Shown here: piece by piece, positions 16,431-24,485 of the stretch
Numbering within the stretch: the stretch's first letter is position 1
Layout: every line of letters starts with the position of its first letter
Assembly (NCBI RefSeq): GCF_000018305.1
Contig: NC_009954.1
Location: 1,710,001-1,742,000 of the forward strand
Source: Caldivirga maquilingensis IC-167
Lineage (GTDB): Archaea > Thermoproteota > Thermoprotei > Thermoproteales > Thermocladiaceae
Direction: 5' to 3'
DNA length: 32,000 bases
Notes under the pieces: model-generated
What the model was told of the DNA's origin: nothing
Seen by the model: the letters and a program-made list of their open reading frames with translations, nothing else
Database searches by the model: none
Program-made: the position numbers and the translations under genes

Positions 16431-16981
16431 TGGAGGAGTACGTTAACGTATATAGGGAACTCATTAAGGTTCTTGAGGAGAGGTTCAACCACTATAAGGA
16501 GGGTGTTAAGAGGCTTGACGAGGCTTGGGCCAGTTACAGGAATGCTGTTAATGACTTGAAGAAGGAGTGGGATAGCGAGTACCCGCTCATTGAGTCTAGG
16601 GTTAATCAACTTAGGAATGGGATAGATGGGCTGAGGAAGCAGATTGAGGAGGTTGAGGTTAAGAGGGAGATTGGGTTAATTGATGATGAATCATACAATA
16701 AGTTAATCACTGAATTAAACAATGCTATGAGTGAATTAAGTAAAATGTATGATGAGGCTAAGGGACTGTTGAATGAACTTGAAAGCGGCCTAATGAACCA
16801 TTGGATAAGGTCAATAGACGTCTCAGTAGTATCCCAGGACACCGTGGAGAATCTGGCTAAGAACCTTGAGGAGGCTAAGGCAAATGGACAGATAAGTGAG
16901 GAAACCTACAATAGGCTTAAGAGGGACCTTAACCTACTCATTAAGGCGCTTCAAGCATACTCACTACTGTTAAAGAGTTAA
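16430..16981 (+). CDS. Uncharacterised coiled-coil protein, paralog of the C-terminal two-thirds of the upstream gene
   Basis: It aligns collinearly and without gaps to the upstream protein: VKRLDEAW versus VKALDETW, GLIDDESYNKL versus GIIDEESYNKA, and NGQISEETYNRLKRDL versus TGKVSKEVYEKIKAQL. Its start overlaps the upstream stop by 1 nt (TAATG). Confidence 0.6.
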   Translation: MEEYVNVYRELIKVLEERFNHYKEGVKRLDEAWASYRNAVNDLKKEWDSEYPLIESRVNQLRNGIDGLRKQIEEVEVKREIGLIDDESYNKLITELNNAMSELSKMYDEAKGLLNELESGLMNHWIRSIDVSVVSQDTVENLAKNLEEAKANGQISEETYNRLKRDLNLLIKALQAYSLLLKS

Positions 16982-17014
16982 ATACTAAAAACACTAAGCC
17001 TGAATAGTTAGTAT

Positions 17015-18106
17015 ATGATTGGGGATAAGTTAAGTAGAGTAAGGTCCCTTATTAAGGATAAGGGGGCTACGGCATTGATTCTAACTAACCCAAGCAACAT
17101 GGGTTACCTACTAGGTTATGAGGATGGGTTACTGGCTTATATTGATGACTCGGTAATTAAGGTTATTGCACCATTACTGGATCGGGAGAGGGCTAGGGAG
17201 TTGGTTAATGGTAAGGCTGATGTGGTTGCTTATTCAGGTTATAAATTACCCATAGAGGGTGACGTGATTTGGGGTTCCGATGAGTTAATTAAAGTAATAG
17301 CCTCATGGATTAAACCAGGTTCAAGCATTCTAATTGATGATTCAAGTAGACAATTCATTAGGAAGGCCCTTGATACCGTTAACGCTAAGCCTATTGACGC
17401 CTCAGCGGATATTCTTGAGGCTAGGGCTGTTAAAACCCCTGAGGAGGTTGAGTTAATTAAGGGTGCAATTAATATAACCCTCAAAGTGTTAAAGGAATTA
17501 TACGGCATGAGGATTACTGGAATGAGTGAGAGGGATTTAGCGGCATACATTTACCATGGGTTAATAAGCTATGGTGGGGATGAGGCTGCCTTTAATCCAA
17601 TAGTTGGCTCAGGGCCGAATGCAGCTAAACCCCACCATACGCATAGTGATAGGCGTATAGGTGTTAATGAAACCGTGGTAATTGATATTGGTGCACGGTA
17701 TAGGCTGTATTGCTCAGACTTAACTAGAACATTAGTAACTGGGTCACTTGAGGGTAAGCTTAAGGACGCCTACAATGCGGTTATTGAGGCTTCAAGAAGA
17801 GCAATAAGCATTATTAAACCGGGAGTTAAGGCAAGTGATGTTGATGCAGCGGCTAGGGGAGTGATTAGTGAGTATGGTTTCGCCTGGGGTTTCATACATA
17901 GCCTTGGCCATGGGGTGGGTGTTGAGGTTCATGAAAGGCCAGCAATTGGACCTAGCAGCAATGACGTATTGAGGGAGGGTAATGTGATTACCATTGAGCC
18001 AGGCATATACATTAAGGATGTGGGTGGGATTAGGGTTGAGAACATGGTTCTCGTTACTGAGAACGGTGCGGAGGTTTTAACTAGGGATGAGTACGCTTAC
18101 GTTTAA
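17015..18106 (+). CDS. M24-family Xaa-Pro peptidase / aminopeptidase P-like
   Basis: The N-terminal creatinase-like domain is followed by a pita-bread domain with metal ligands in context: VIDIGARYRLYCSDLTRT, HSLGHGVGVEVHE, ITIEPGIY and GGIRVEN. Confidence 0.85.
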   Translation: MIGDKLSRVRSLIKDKGATALILTNPSNMGYLLGYEDGLLAYIDDSVIKVIAPLLDRERARELVNGKADVVAYSGYKLPIEGDVIWGSDELIKVIASWIKPGSSILIDDSSRQFIRKALDTVNAKPIDASADILEARAVKTPEEVELIKGAINITLKVLKELYGMRITGMSERDLAAYIYHGLISYGGDEAAFNPIVGSGPNAAKPHHTHSDRRIGVNETVVIDIGARYRLYCSDLTRTLVTGSLEGKLKDAYNAVIEASRRAISIIKPGVKASDVDAAARGVISEYGFAWGFIHSLGHGVGVEVHERPAIGPSSNDVLREGNVITIEPGIYIKDVGGIRVENMVLVTENGAEVLTRDEYAYV

Positions 18107-18150
18107 TCATTTAGGCAAAGCTTATTAACGGCTGTTAATATAGCATATTA

Positions 18151-19215
18151 ATGAAGAGTAATATAAAGGTATCAATAGCAGGTGTGGGTAACTGCGCCTC
18201 CGCCCTGGTTCAAGGGGTTCAGTACTATAGGTTAACTAATGACGCAACCGGCGTAACATTTAAGGAGATAAACGGGTACAGTATTAGTGATATTAAGTTC
18301 ACCGCGGCCTTTGATGTTGACGCCAGGAAGGTTGGTAAGGATCTGGCTGAAGCAATATTCACCCCACCGAATAATGCATTAAAAATAATCGACGTTGATA
18401 AGACTGGAGTAATCGTTAAGCCAGGACCATTACTGGACGGCATAGCCCCTGAACTAGCTGGATCACATATACCTGTGGTTGAGGCTAAGGTTGATGATGT
18501 TGTTAAGGAGCTTGAATCCACAAATTCCGAAATCCTAATTAACTACCTACCCACAGGTGCCCAGAAGGCATCTGAGGCTTACGCTGAGGCTGCATTAAGG
18601 GCTGGTGTAGGCTTTGTGAATGCCATGCCATCTCAAATAGCCACCGTCGAGCAGTGGCAGGCTAGGTTCACTAAGGCTGGTCTACCACTGCTTGGTGATG
18701 ATATTCAGAATCAATTAGGGGCCACTGTGCTTCATAAAACAATAATGCACCTACTATCATTAAGGGGGTTAAAGGTGGTGGGTACGTATCAACTTAACGT
18801 TGGTGGAACACCTGACTTCCTCAACTTGAATTATAGGAAGGGGCAGAAGGAGAAGACTAAGACGGCTGCGGTTAAGAAGATGGTTAAGGAACAGGACTTC
18901 GACGCCTACATAACACCAGTGGCGCACGTTGGCTTCCTGGGTGGTAGGAAGAGAGCCCACATGTTCATTGAGGCACAGGGCTTTGCTGGTGTTCCAGTTA
19001 AGATTGAGGTTAGCCTTGAGGTTCATGATCCATGGAACAACGCAGGCGTTATGGTTGATGTATTGAGGTTAATGAAGGTTGCATTAGATAGGGGTGTAGC
19101 TGGTCCAATATATAGTGTTGCTGCATGGGCCTTTAAGAACCCACCAATGCATGCGCCACCTGATGAGGCTTATAATTGGTTAATTGAGTTTATTGAAGGC
19201 AAGAGGGATAATTAG
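18151..19215 (+). CDS. ino1: myo-Inositol-1-phosphate (inositol-3-phosphate) synthase
   Basis: It is collinear with the actinobacterial/archaeal Ino1 pattern as I recall it: VSIAGVGNCASALVQGVQYY, FDVDARKVGKD, GDDIQNQLGATVLH, QLNVGGTPDFLN and SLEVHDPWNNAGV. Confidence 0.9.
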   Translation: MKSNIKVSIAGVGNCASALVQGVQYYRLTNDATGVTFKEINGYSISDIKFTAAFDVDARKVGKDLAEAIFTPPNNALKIIDVDKTGVIVKPGPLLDGIAPELAGSHIPVVEAKVDDVVKELESTNSEILINYLPTGAQKASEAYAEAALRAGVGFVNAMPSQIATVEQWQARFTKAGLPLLGDDIQNQLGATVLHKTIMHLLSLRGLKVVGTYQLNVGGTPDFLNLNYRKGQKEKTKTAAVKKMVKEQDFDAYITPVAHVGFLGGRKRAHMFIEAQGFAGVPVKIEVSLEVHDPWNNAGVMVDVLRLMKVALDRGVAGPIYSVAAWAFKNPPMHAPPDEAYNWLIEFIEGKRDN

Positions 19216-19311
19216 GAACCCCATTCATTAAGGATACTTTAATTAACTCAATTATTAATTAATTCCTCCAGTAAGTTAACGCTTAAAAATCATCACAAAT
19301 ATGTTTAATTA

Positions 19312-19833
19312 ATGAATAGTATGCATGGTGGCGTTACCGTGTCAACAATAGTGGACTTCATTAAGGGTAATGTTAATGCAGGCAGTGTTGTTGCTGATAT
19401 TGGGTGTGGAACAGGTAGATTCACCAGTGTAATAGCACCCATTGCATCACTGGTTTACTGCGTGGATAGTAATGAGGATGCCATTAATGAGGCTAGGAGA
19501 AGCATTAAGTCAAGTAATGTGGTTTTCCTAAACGAGAACGCTGATTCATTATCAATACCTGATCACTCCATTGACGTTGTCCTCCTAGCCTTCTCATTCC
19601 ACGATATGGATAATAAGGAGTCCGTGGTGAATGAGATTAAGAGAGTGATTAAGCCCGGTGGTAAGGTGATTATTATTGATTGGGTTAAGGAGAAGACACC
19701 AATGGGACCGCCTGTGGATATTAGGTTAAGTGAGGATGATTACATTAAGGCTTTTAAGGAGTTTAAACCAATTCAAGTTAGTAGGGTAAGCCAATACCAT
19801 TATGGAATTGTACTTAAGGTTCCTGAAACTTAA
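19312..19833 (+). CDS. Class I SAM-dependent methyltransferase
   Basis: Motif I is VADIGCGTG, post-I is VYCVDSN, and motif IV-like is VIKPGGKVIIIDW. Confidence 0.8.
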   Translation: MNSMHGGVTVSTIVDFIKGNVNAGSVVADIGCGTGRFTSVIAPIASLVYCVDSNEDAINEARRSIKSSNVVFLNENADSLSIPDHSIDVVLLAFSFHDMDNKESVVNEIKRVIKPGGKVIIIDWVKEKTPMGPPVDIRLSEDDYIKAFKEFKPIQVSRVSQYHYGIVLKVPET

Positions 19834-19880
19834 TTATTAATGTAGAAATATTTATTAAACCTTTAAACATAAAACCCATA

Positions 19881-21542
19881 ATGATTGCTAATACTACCAC
19901 GCAAAGCCAAATACTGCTTAGTAATATAAGTAGAATTATTGAATTTAATACCAGCAAAATAATTGAGAATATTGAATTAAGGTTTGACCAATATATAAGT
20001 GCAATAAACGTGGTGTTGAATAATTCAACGTATTACACTCAATCAAATTCAACCATTGGAATAGCCACTAAGCCAGTACCTAAGGGTTATGTACCAGTCA
20101 TATTAATCACATACATAATTTACGCAGTATTCATGGTGATTGTGCTTGCTCAATTACTAATAATGATACATTCCGCTTACGCTAGGTTAAGGGTAATGAG
20201 GGACGCTAAACCAACACACATTAGTAACATTAATTGGTTACCCTTAGTTTCAATAATAATACCAGTCAGGGGGGAGGGGATTGACGCCATTGAGGATGCT
20301 GTTAAGAGGATTACTGGCCTCGATTACCCAAGGGATAAGCTTGAAGTAATAGTGGCCACTGATGATGATGAAGCCACAGCTAATTTAATTAAGAATTCAG
20401 TGGAGAGAATAGGTAAGACCTATGGATTACGAACGATAGTTAACTGGAGGAGTAAACCAGTAGGCTACAAGGGTGGTGCAATTAATGAGGCCGCTAAATT
20501 AGCCAGAGGAGATGTTCTACTGATACTTGACGTGGACACGATATTACCGAGGAATTACCTGAAGGTTGCCTTAAGTTACCTTAATGAGGGATACGATGCC
20601 GTTGGAGCACCATTCCTGGGTGTACCCAAGGTGCCTAATAACTTTAGCTGGCCTCTAATGATTTTATTCAATACACTTAGTGAAGTTCAGATAGTTGGTA
20701 GGGCTCTCTCTAGGTTTAAGAGGGGTTTCTACATGATTATAGGTAATAATCTCCTGATTAGGAGGGATTTCTTTAATAGGATTAATGGGTTATGCTACTG
20801 TAAATCCGATGACATTGACGTAGCCCTAAGAATATGGTTAATGGGTGGTAGGATAGGGGTAATGAATGAGAGGGTATTAACTGAAATACCGAGTACGTAT
20901 GATGCGTTCAGATCCCAGACAATAAGATGGGCCACCAATGACATGTGGGCTCTTAAGAAGTACTTCACTAAGATACTTAAGTCAAGGAACAGGAGCCTTG
21001 TTGATAAGGTGGATGCCTACCTATGGTTACTTAAGTACCCGTTAGTGTACTTAGGCGTTATCTCAATAATAACAATGATAATAATGCAGGTATTCAATAT
21101 ACTGATACCACCATTACCAATACTGGTACTCTCAGTACTCACTGATGTAGTTGGGGCAGCATTATTAATTCTAATAATTATGGTTGGGAGAAGGATGAAT
21201 TACAGTTATTGGGACTTATTTAAGTCACTTGTTATTGGTGGGTTAACCATGTATGCGTTAGCGTTCCCGCTAATGATATACTTAGCTAAGGCCCTATTAA
21301 GTGACTTACCATGGTTATACACACCTAAGGCTTCGAAGGCATTATTAAGGCAGAAGTTCCTTATTGAACGCTTATCAATAATAGCCCTAATTGCTGTTGG
21401 AGCAGCATTACTAATGATGGGGCATGTGATAGTGTCATTATACGTCTTCGCTAACTCAATACTAATACTAATGGGGTACAGTGTTGGTACTGTTAAACCA
21501 AGCAATAGGTTGATTCACTCCACTCAAATGATTACTCATTAA
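19881..21542 (+). CDS. Membrane-embedded family-2 glycosyltransferase of the processive synthase type (PgaC/IcaA/NodC/CesA-like)
   Basis: Motifs are SIIIPVRGE, EVIVATDDD, the DxD motif LILDVDT (20529-20537), KSDDIDVALRIW (compare TEDIDISW of PgaC) and QTIRW, a QxxRW motif (20916-20930). One TM helix precedes the GT domain and about five follow it. The ~70-aa N-terminal tail has 5-6 N-x-S/T sequons. Confidence 0.8.
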   Translation: MIANTTTQSQILLSNISRIIEFNTSKIIENIELRFDQYISAINVVLNNSTYYTQSNSTIGIATKPVPKGYVPVILITYIIYAVFMVIVLAQLLIMIHSAYARLRVMRDAKPTHISNINWLPLVSIIIPVRGEGIDAIEDAVKRITGLDYPRDKLEVIVATDDDEATANLIKNSVERIGKTYGLRTIVNWRSKPVGYKGGAINEAAKLARGDVLLILDVDTILPRNYLKVALSYLNEGYDAVGAPFLGVPKVPNNFSWPLMILFNTLSEVQIVGRALSRFKRGFYMIIGNNLLIRRDFFNRINGLCYCKSDDIDVALRIWLMGGRIGVMNERVLTEIPSTYDAFRSQTIRWATNDMWALKKYFTKILKSRNRSLVDKVDAYLWLLKYPLVYLGVISIITMIIMQVFNILIPPLPILVLSVLTDVVGAALLILIIMVGRRMNYSYWDLFKSLVIGGLTMYALAFPLMIYLAKALLSDLPWLYTPKASKALLRQKFLIERLSIIALIAVGAALLMMGHVIVSLYVFANSILILMGYSVGTVKPSNRLIHSTQMITH

Positions 21543-21563
21543 GTTAATCAACATTGGGAGCAT

Positions 21564-22382
21564 TTAGTAAAGACCTAATTGACCACTGCGCCTAAGCCTT
21601 GCTGTGGTTATGTTAACTATAATCCACGCTAATGCACCCAGTACTATTATCATGATTATTGAGTACGTTAATTGAAGTGTAATCGGCATGTTAATTTCAT
21701 TAATACCTAATGCTGACTCCCTCATTAGAACCACTGGGTAAGCTATTGGTGAATACTTATTAATGACCTTAACATAACCATTAACCTCCCCTGGTATTAA
21801 GCCCCCTAGTGTTGGTAGTATGAATTGAATAATGTTTGTTATAACCCAATTAGACTTAAGCCTTATCACCAACATTGAGTAAATCACTGAAATGAATAAT
21901 AACTCTAATGTCACTAATACTATTGATGATGCAAGTAATGAAGGATTAATTAGGCTTACCCCAGTATTGAAGAGTATTGCGAAACTTCCCATTATTACAA
22001 TCAAGTCCATTAACTCGTAGGTTATTAATGATAATCCCCAGCCAATGAAGTGAATTAGCAAGTCCTCTCCCCCAGCTAGTACGTACTCTAAGACTCCATC
22101 ATAACCCTCATCCATTATACCGTGGCCGAAGGACCATAGCCAAGTCGTGTATAGTGAAAAGGCGTATGCGACCCAGAGGAATAATTGAAGATCAATTGTA
22201 CTTAATTCAATCACTCCATAACCCCTTAATGTTAGTATGAAGAATGCTAACCAAAGTGGTGTAGATACGATGAACGCTATGTTCTCGGCTGGTTTAGAGA
22301 ACAGTACCCTAACCCCCCTTTCAAACTCCAGGGCTACTTTACCTAATACCGCTCTTAAGCACGCTCCTCTCGATTCTACCAT
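21564..22382 (-). CDS. ABC-2 type transporter permease (second permease)
   Basis: A six-TM-like hydrophobic protein immediately downstream of an ATPase and another permease. The ORF track starts at a TTG at 22397; the ATG at 22382 is the first canonical start. Either start overlaps the upstream gene (44-59 nt). Confidence 0.6.
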   Translation of the reverse strand: MVESRGACLRAVLGKVALEFERGVRVLFSKPAENIAFIVSTPLWLAFFILTLRGYGVIELSTIDLQLFLWVAYAFSLYTTWLWSFGHGIMDEGYDGVLEYVLAGGEDLLIHFIGWGLSLITYELMDLIVIMGSFAILFNTGVSLINPSLLASSIVLVTLELLFISVIYSMLVIRLKSNWVITNIIQFILPTLGGLIPGEVNGYVKVINKYSPIAYPVVLMRESALGINEINMPITLQLTYSIIMIIVLGALAWIIVNITTARLRRSGQLGLY

Positions 22383-23115
22383 AAGTGAACACCCCAAGCA
22401 TTAGGTAGGCCACCGTTGAGGCTACTAAACCGTATATTAGTGCTGATAATCCATTACCCAATACTACACTTATAGTGGTTTGGTAAAGCTGATACATCGG
22501 CATAGCCACAACTATTGCGTTAACCCACTTGGGTAATACGTATAATGGGTACGTTGCACCCGAGAGCACTGTTATTAATGATGTGACTACATTCATTAAG
22601 GCATCCACATCCCTAATCCTAATCACTACCCCTGCTAATGCAAGACCAATGCCGTAAAGCGGCATTAACCCTATGATGACTATTACCATGGATGGTATTA
22701 ACCTAATTAACCCACTTAACCCGAATGCACTGTAAATTATGGGTAATGAAGCCACAACGTATGCCCCTACGTTGACAAGCACCATTACCATTGATGTGGC
22801 GAAAAGCACAACATACATGCTTACTGGGGTAGCCATAAGTGCCTCAAGCCTCCCCCCACTCCTCTCCTCATTAAGGAATCTCGCCCCTGTCTGAACCATT
22901 ATTACTGACACCATTATTATTTCAAAACCTATGAATTGCCTAATGAAATCCACACCGTTAACCCTGGTGAAGAAGGACGCCATGGCTGCCATTCCACCCG
23001 CCACTAGGTAGGGCATTATTATGAGTATTACTAATCCCCCAGGTTCCCTTGAGACTATCTTAAACTCATTAATCATTATTGCCCAAAATAAGCTAAGCTT
23101 ATCAGTGAGCCTCAC
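22339..23115 (-). CDS. ABC-2 type transporter permease (first permease)
   Basis: The size and topology match an ABC-2 family permease. The GTG start overlaps the ATPase stop by 4 nt (GTGA), which suggests translational coupling. Confidence 0.7.
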   Translation of the reverse strand: MRLTDKLSLFWAIMINEFKIVSREPGGLVILIIMPYLVAGGMAAMASFFTRVNGVDFIRQFIGFEIIMVSVIMVQTGARFLNEERSGGRLEALMATPVSMYVVLFATSMVMVLVNVGAYVVASLPIIYSAFGLSGLIRLIPSMVIVIIGLMPLYGIGLALAGVVIRIRDVDALMNVVTSLITVLSGATYPLYVLPKWVNAIVVAMPMYQLYQTTISVVLGNGLSALIYGLVASTVAYLMLGVFTYGRIERSVLKSGIR

Positions 23116-24023
23116 TTGGAGACCACCTTAATGTAAGCCTCCTCCAGGGTTGGTTCATTAACCCTAATCCTACTTATCCTGAGCCCATTACCCTCAGCCT
23201 CAAGCATTATCCTCCTAAGCTCAGCCACTGGGTCAGTGGTCTCAACCCTAATTACACTGCTTCCTGAATCACCATTCACCTCAGCCTCAATAACGTATCT
23301 TAATCCAAGCTTATCCTTAATATCCCTTGGTGAACCCTCAACTAAAACCCTACCCTCACTGATTATACCAACCCTATCGCAAACCTCCTCAACCTCCCAT
23401 AGGTTATGGCTAGTTAGTAATACAGCCCTCCCCTCCTTCTTAAGGCTCTTAATGAGGCCCCTAATTGATCTAGCCGACACCGGGTCTAGGCCTATTGTTG
23501 GTTCATCTAGGAAAACCACAGGTGGATCGTGTATAAGGGCCCTGGCTATGGATAACCTAGCTCTCATACCTAGGCTGTACTCCTCATAAGGCCTATTGGA
23601 TGCCCAATCAAGGTTAACTACCTTAAGTAATTCCCCAGCCCTCTCCTCAGCCTTCCCCCTACTTAACCCATATAATCTACCGAAGTAAACCAGGTTCTCG
23701 AAGCCGCTTAGCCTCGAGTAGAATCCCTTATCAGGGTAAAGCACAAGCCCTATAACCCCCCTAACCCTCCTAGCCTCCTTAACAACATCAAAACCATTAA
23801 CCCTAGCCAACCCTGAGTCCGGTATTAATAGTGTTGAGAGAATCTTAACCGTGGTGGTCTTACCAGCGCCGTTGGGGCCTAATAAGCCGTACACCTCACC
23901 CCACTTAATGCTTAATGATACACCGTTTAACGCATTAACCTTAACCTTCCTCCTCCTAATCAACCCAACCCTCTCATAGCTTATGAAACTCTTCCTAAGG
24001 TTAATGGCCTCAACGGCACTCAT
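23112..24023 (-). CDS. ABC transporter ATP-binding protein (ABC-2/DrrA-CcmA-like exporter ATPase)
   Basis: Walker A is GPNGAGKTT, Walker B is VVFLDEPTIGLD, and the H-loop is LLTSHNL. The signature motif is atypical: YSLGMRARL rather than LSGGxxxRL. A TTTAAATT box is centred about 27 nt upstream. Confidence 0.9.
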   Translation of the reverse strand: MSAVEAINLRKSFISYERVGLIRRRKVKVNALNGVSLSIKWGEVYGLLGPNGAGKTTTVKILSTLLIPDSGLARVNGFDVVKEARRVRGVIGLVLYPDKGFYSRLSGFENLVYFGRLYGLSRGKAEERAGELLKVVNLDWASNRPYEEYSLGMRARLSIARALIHDPPVVFLDEPTIGLDPVSARSIRGLIKSLKKEGRAVLLTSHNLWEVEEVCDRVGIISEGRVLVEGSPRDIKDKLGLRYVIEAEVNGDSGSSVIRVETTDPVAELRRIMLEAEGNGLRISRIRVNEPTLEEAYIKVVSK

Positions 24024-24070
24024 TAGCTTTATCCGTGGTTAATAGGAATTTAAACGTAAGCATAATGTTA

Positions 24071-24445
24071 CTACTTAACCTGCTTACCCTGTTCATTAAT
24101 AAGCTTGTTAATCATACTGAGGGCGTTGAGTAGGTTGGTTAGGGTTACTGCATAGTGGTTTACTTCATCAATATCACTAGCCTTAGGTAATTCCTTCGAT
24201 AACTCCATTATTTTAGAGAAGACTACATCCCTTACATTGATTAAACCATACTTAATATTAACCTCCCTCTCCTCCTCCTCACTCTTAACCACAACAACCT
24301 CCCTATCACAGTTGGCGCAGTAGTAATTACCACTCTTAAGCTTAAGTAACGGTGTCCCACATACCGGGCAGGTGTACTGGGTTAGTATTGCCCCCTGCCT
24401 AATTAATTGAGCCATCTTCTTAGTCACCGAATCCTCCTTAGCCAT
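24071..24445 (-). CDS. Zn-ribbon protein of the autoantigen-p27 / UPF0148 family
   Basis: LIRQGAILTQYTCPVCGTPLLKLKSGNYYCANCDREV is a CxxC...CxxC ribbon preceded by the GA-hydrophobic motif typical of that family. The C-terminal tail is helical. Confidence 0.65.
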   Translation of the reverse strand: MAKEDSVTKKMAQLIRQGAILTQYTCPVCGTPLLKLKSGNYYCANCDREVVVVKSEEEEREVNIKYGLINVRDVVFSKIMELSKELPKASDIDEVNHYAVTLTNLLNALSMINKLINEQGKQVK

Positions 24446-24465
24446 ACTTACTCCAACCGTGGGGT

Positions 24466-24477
24466 TATTTAAAAAAC
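24466..24477 (-). promoter_or_regulatory. Combined T6 terminator for GH31 and TATA box for the Zn-ribbon gene
   Basis: The minus strand reads GTTTTTTAAATA. The T6 run (24471-24476) is 10-15 nt past the GH31 stop, and TTTAAATA is centred about 24 nt upstream of the ATG at 24445. Confidence 0.4.
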
Positions 24478-24485
24478 AAACTACG

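Noticed and set aside
10987-19026. ORFs 10987-11259, 13008-13214, 14256-14465, 15093-15287, 16424-16609, 16606-16842, 17239-17550, 18225-18521 and 18769-19026
   Set aside because: Each is antisense to, and contained in or overlapping, a strongly supported CDS: uS11, the T2SS-F-like gene, UDG, the coiled-coil pair, the M24 peptidase and MIPS. The compositions are those of mirror-frame artefacts.
18151-21542. Idea that MIPS + neighbours form a di-myo-inositol-phosphate (DIP) compatible-solute operon
   Set aside because: The defining IPCT/DIPPS genes (a cytidylyltransferase plus a CDP-alcohol phosphatidyltransferase with the DGx2ARx8Gx3D motif) are not present. The neighbours are a methyltransferase and a GT2 synthase instead.
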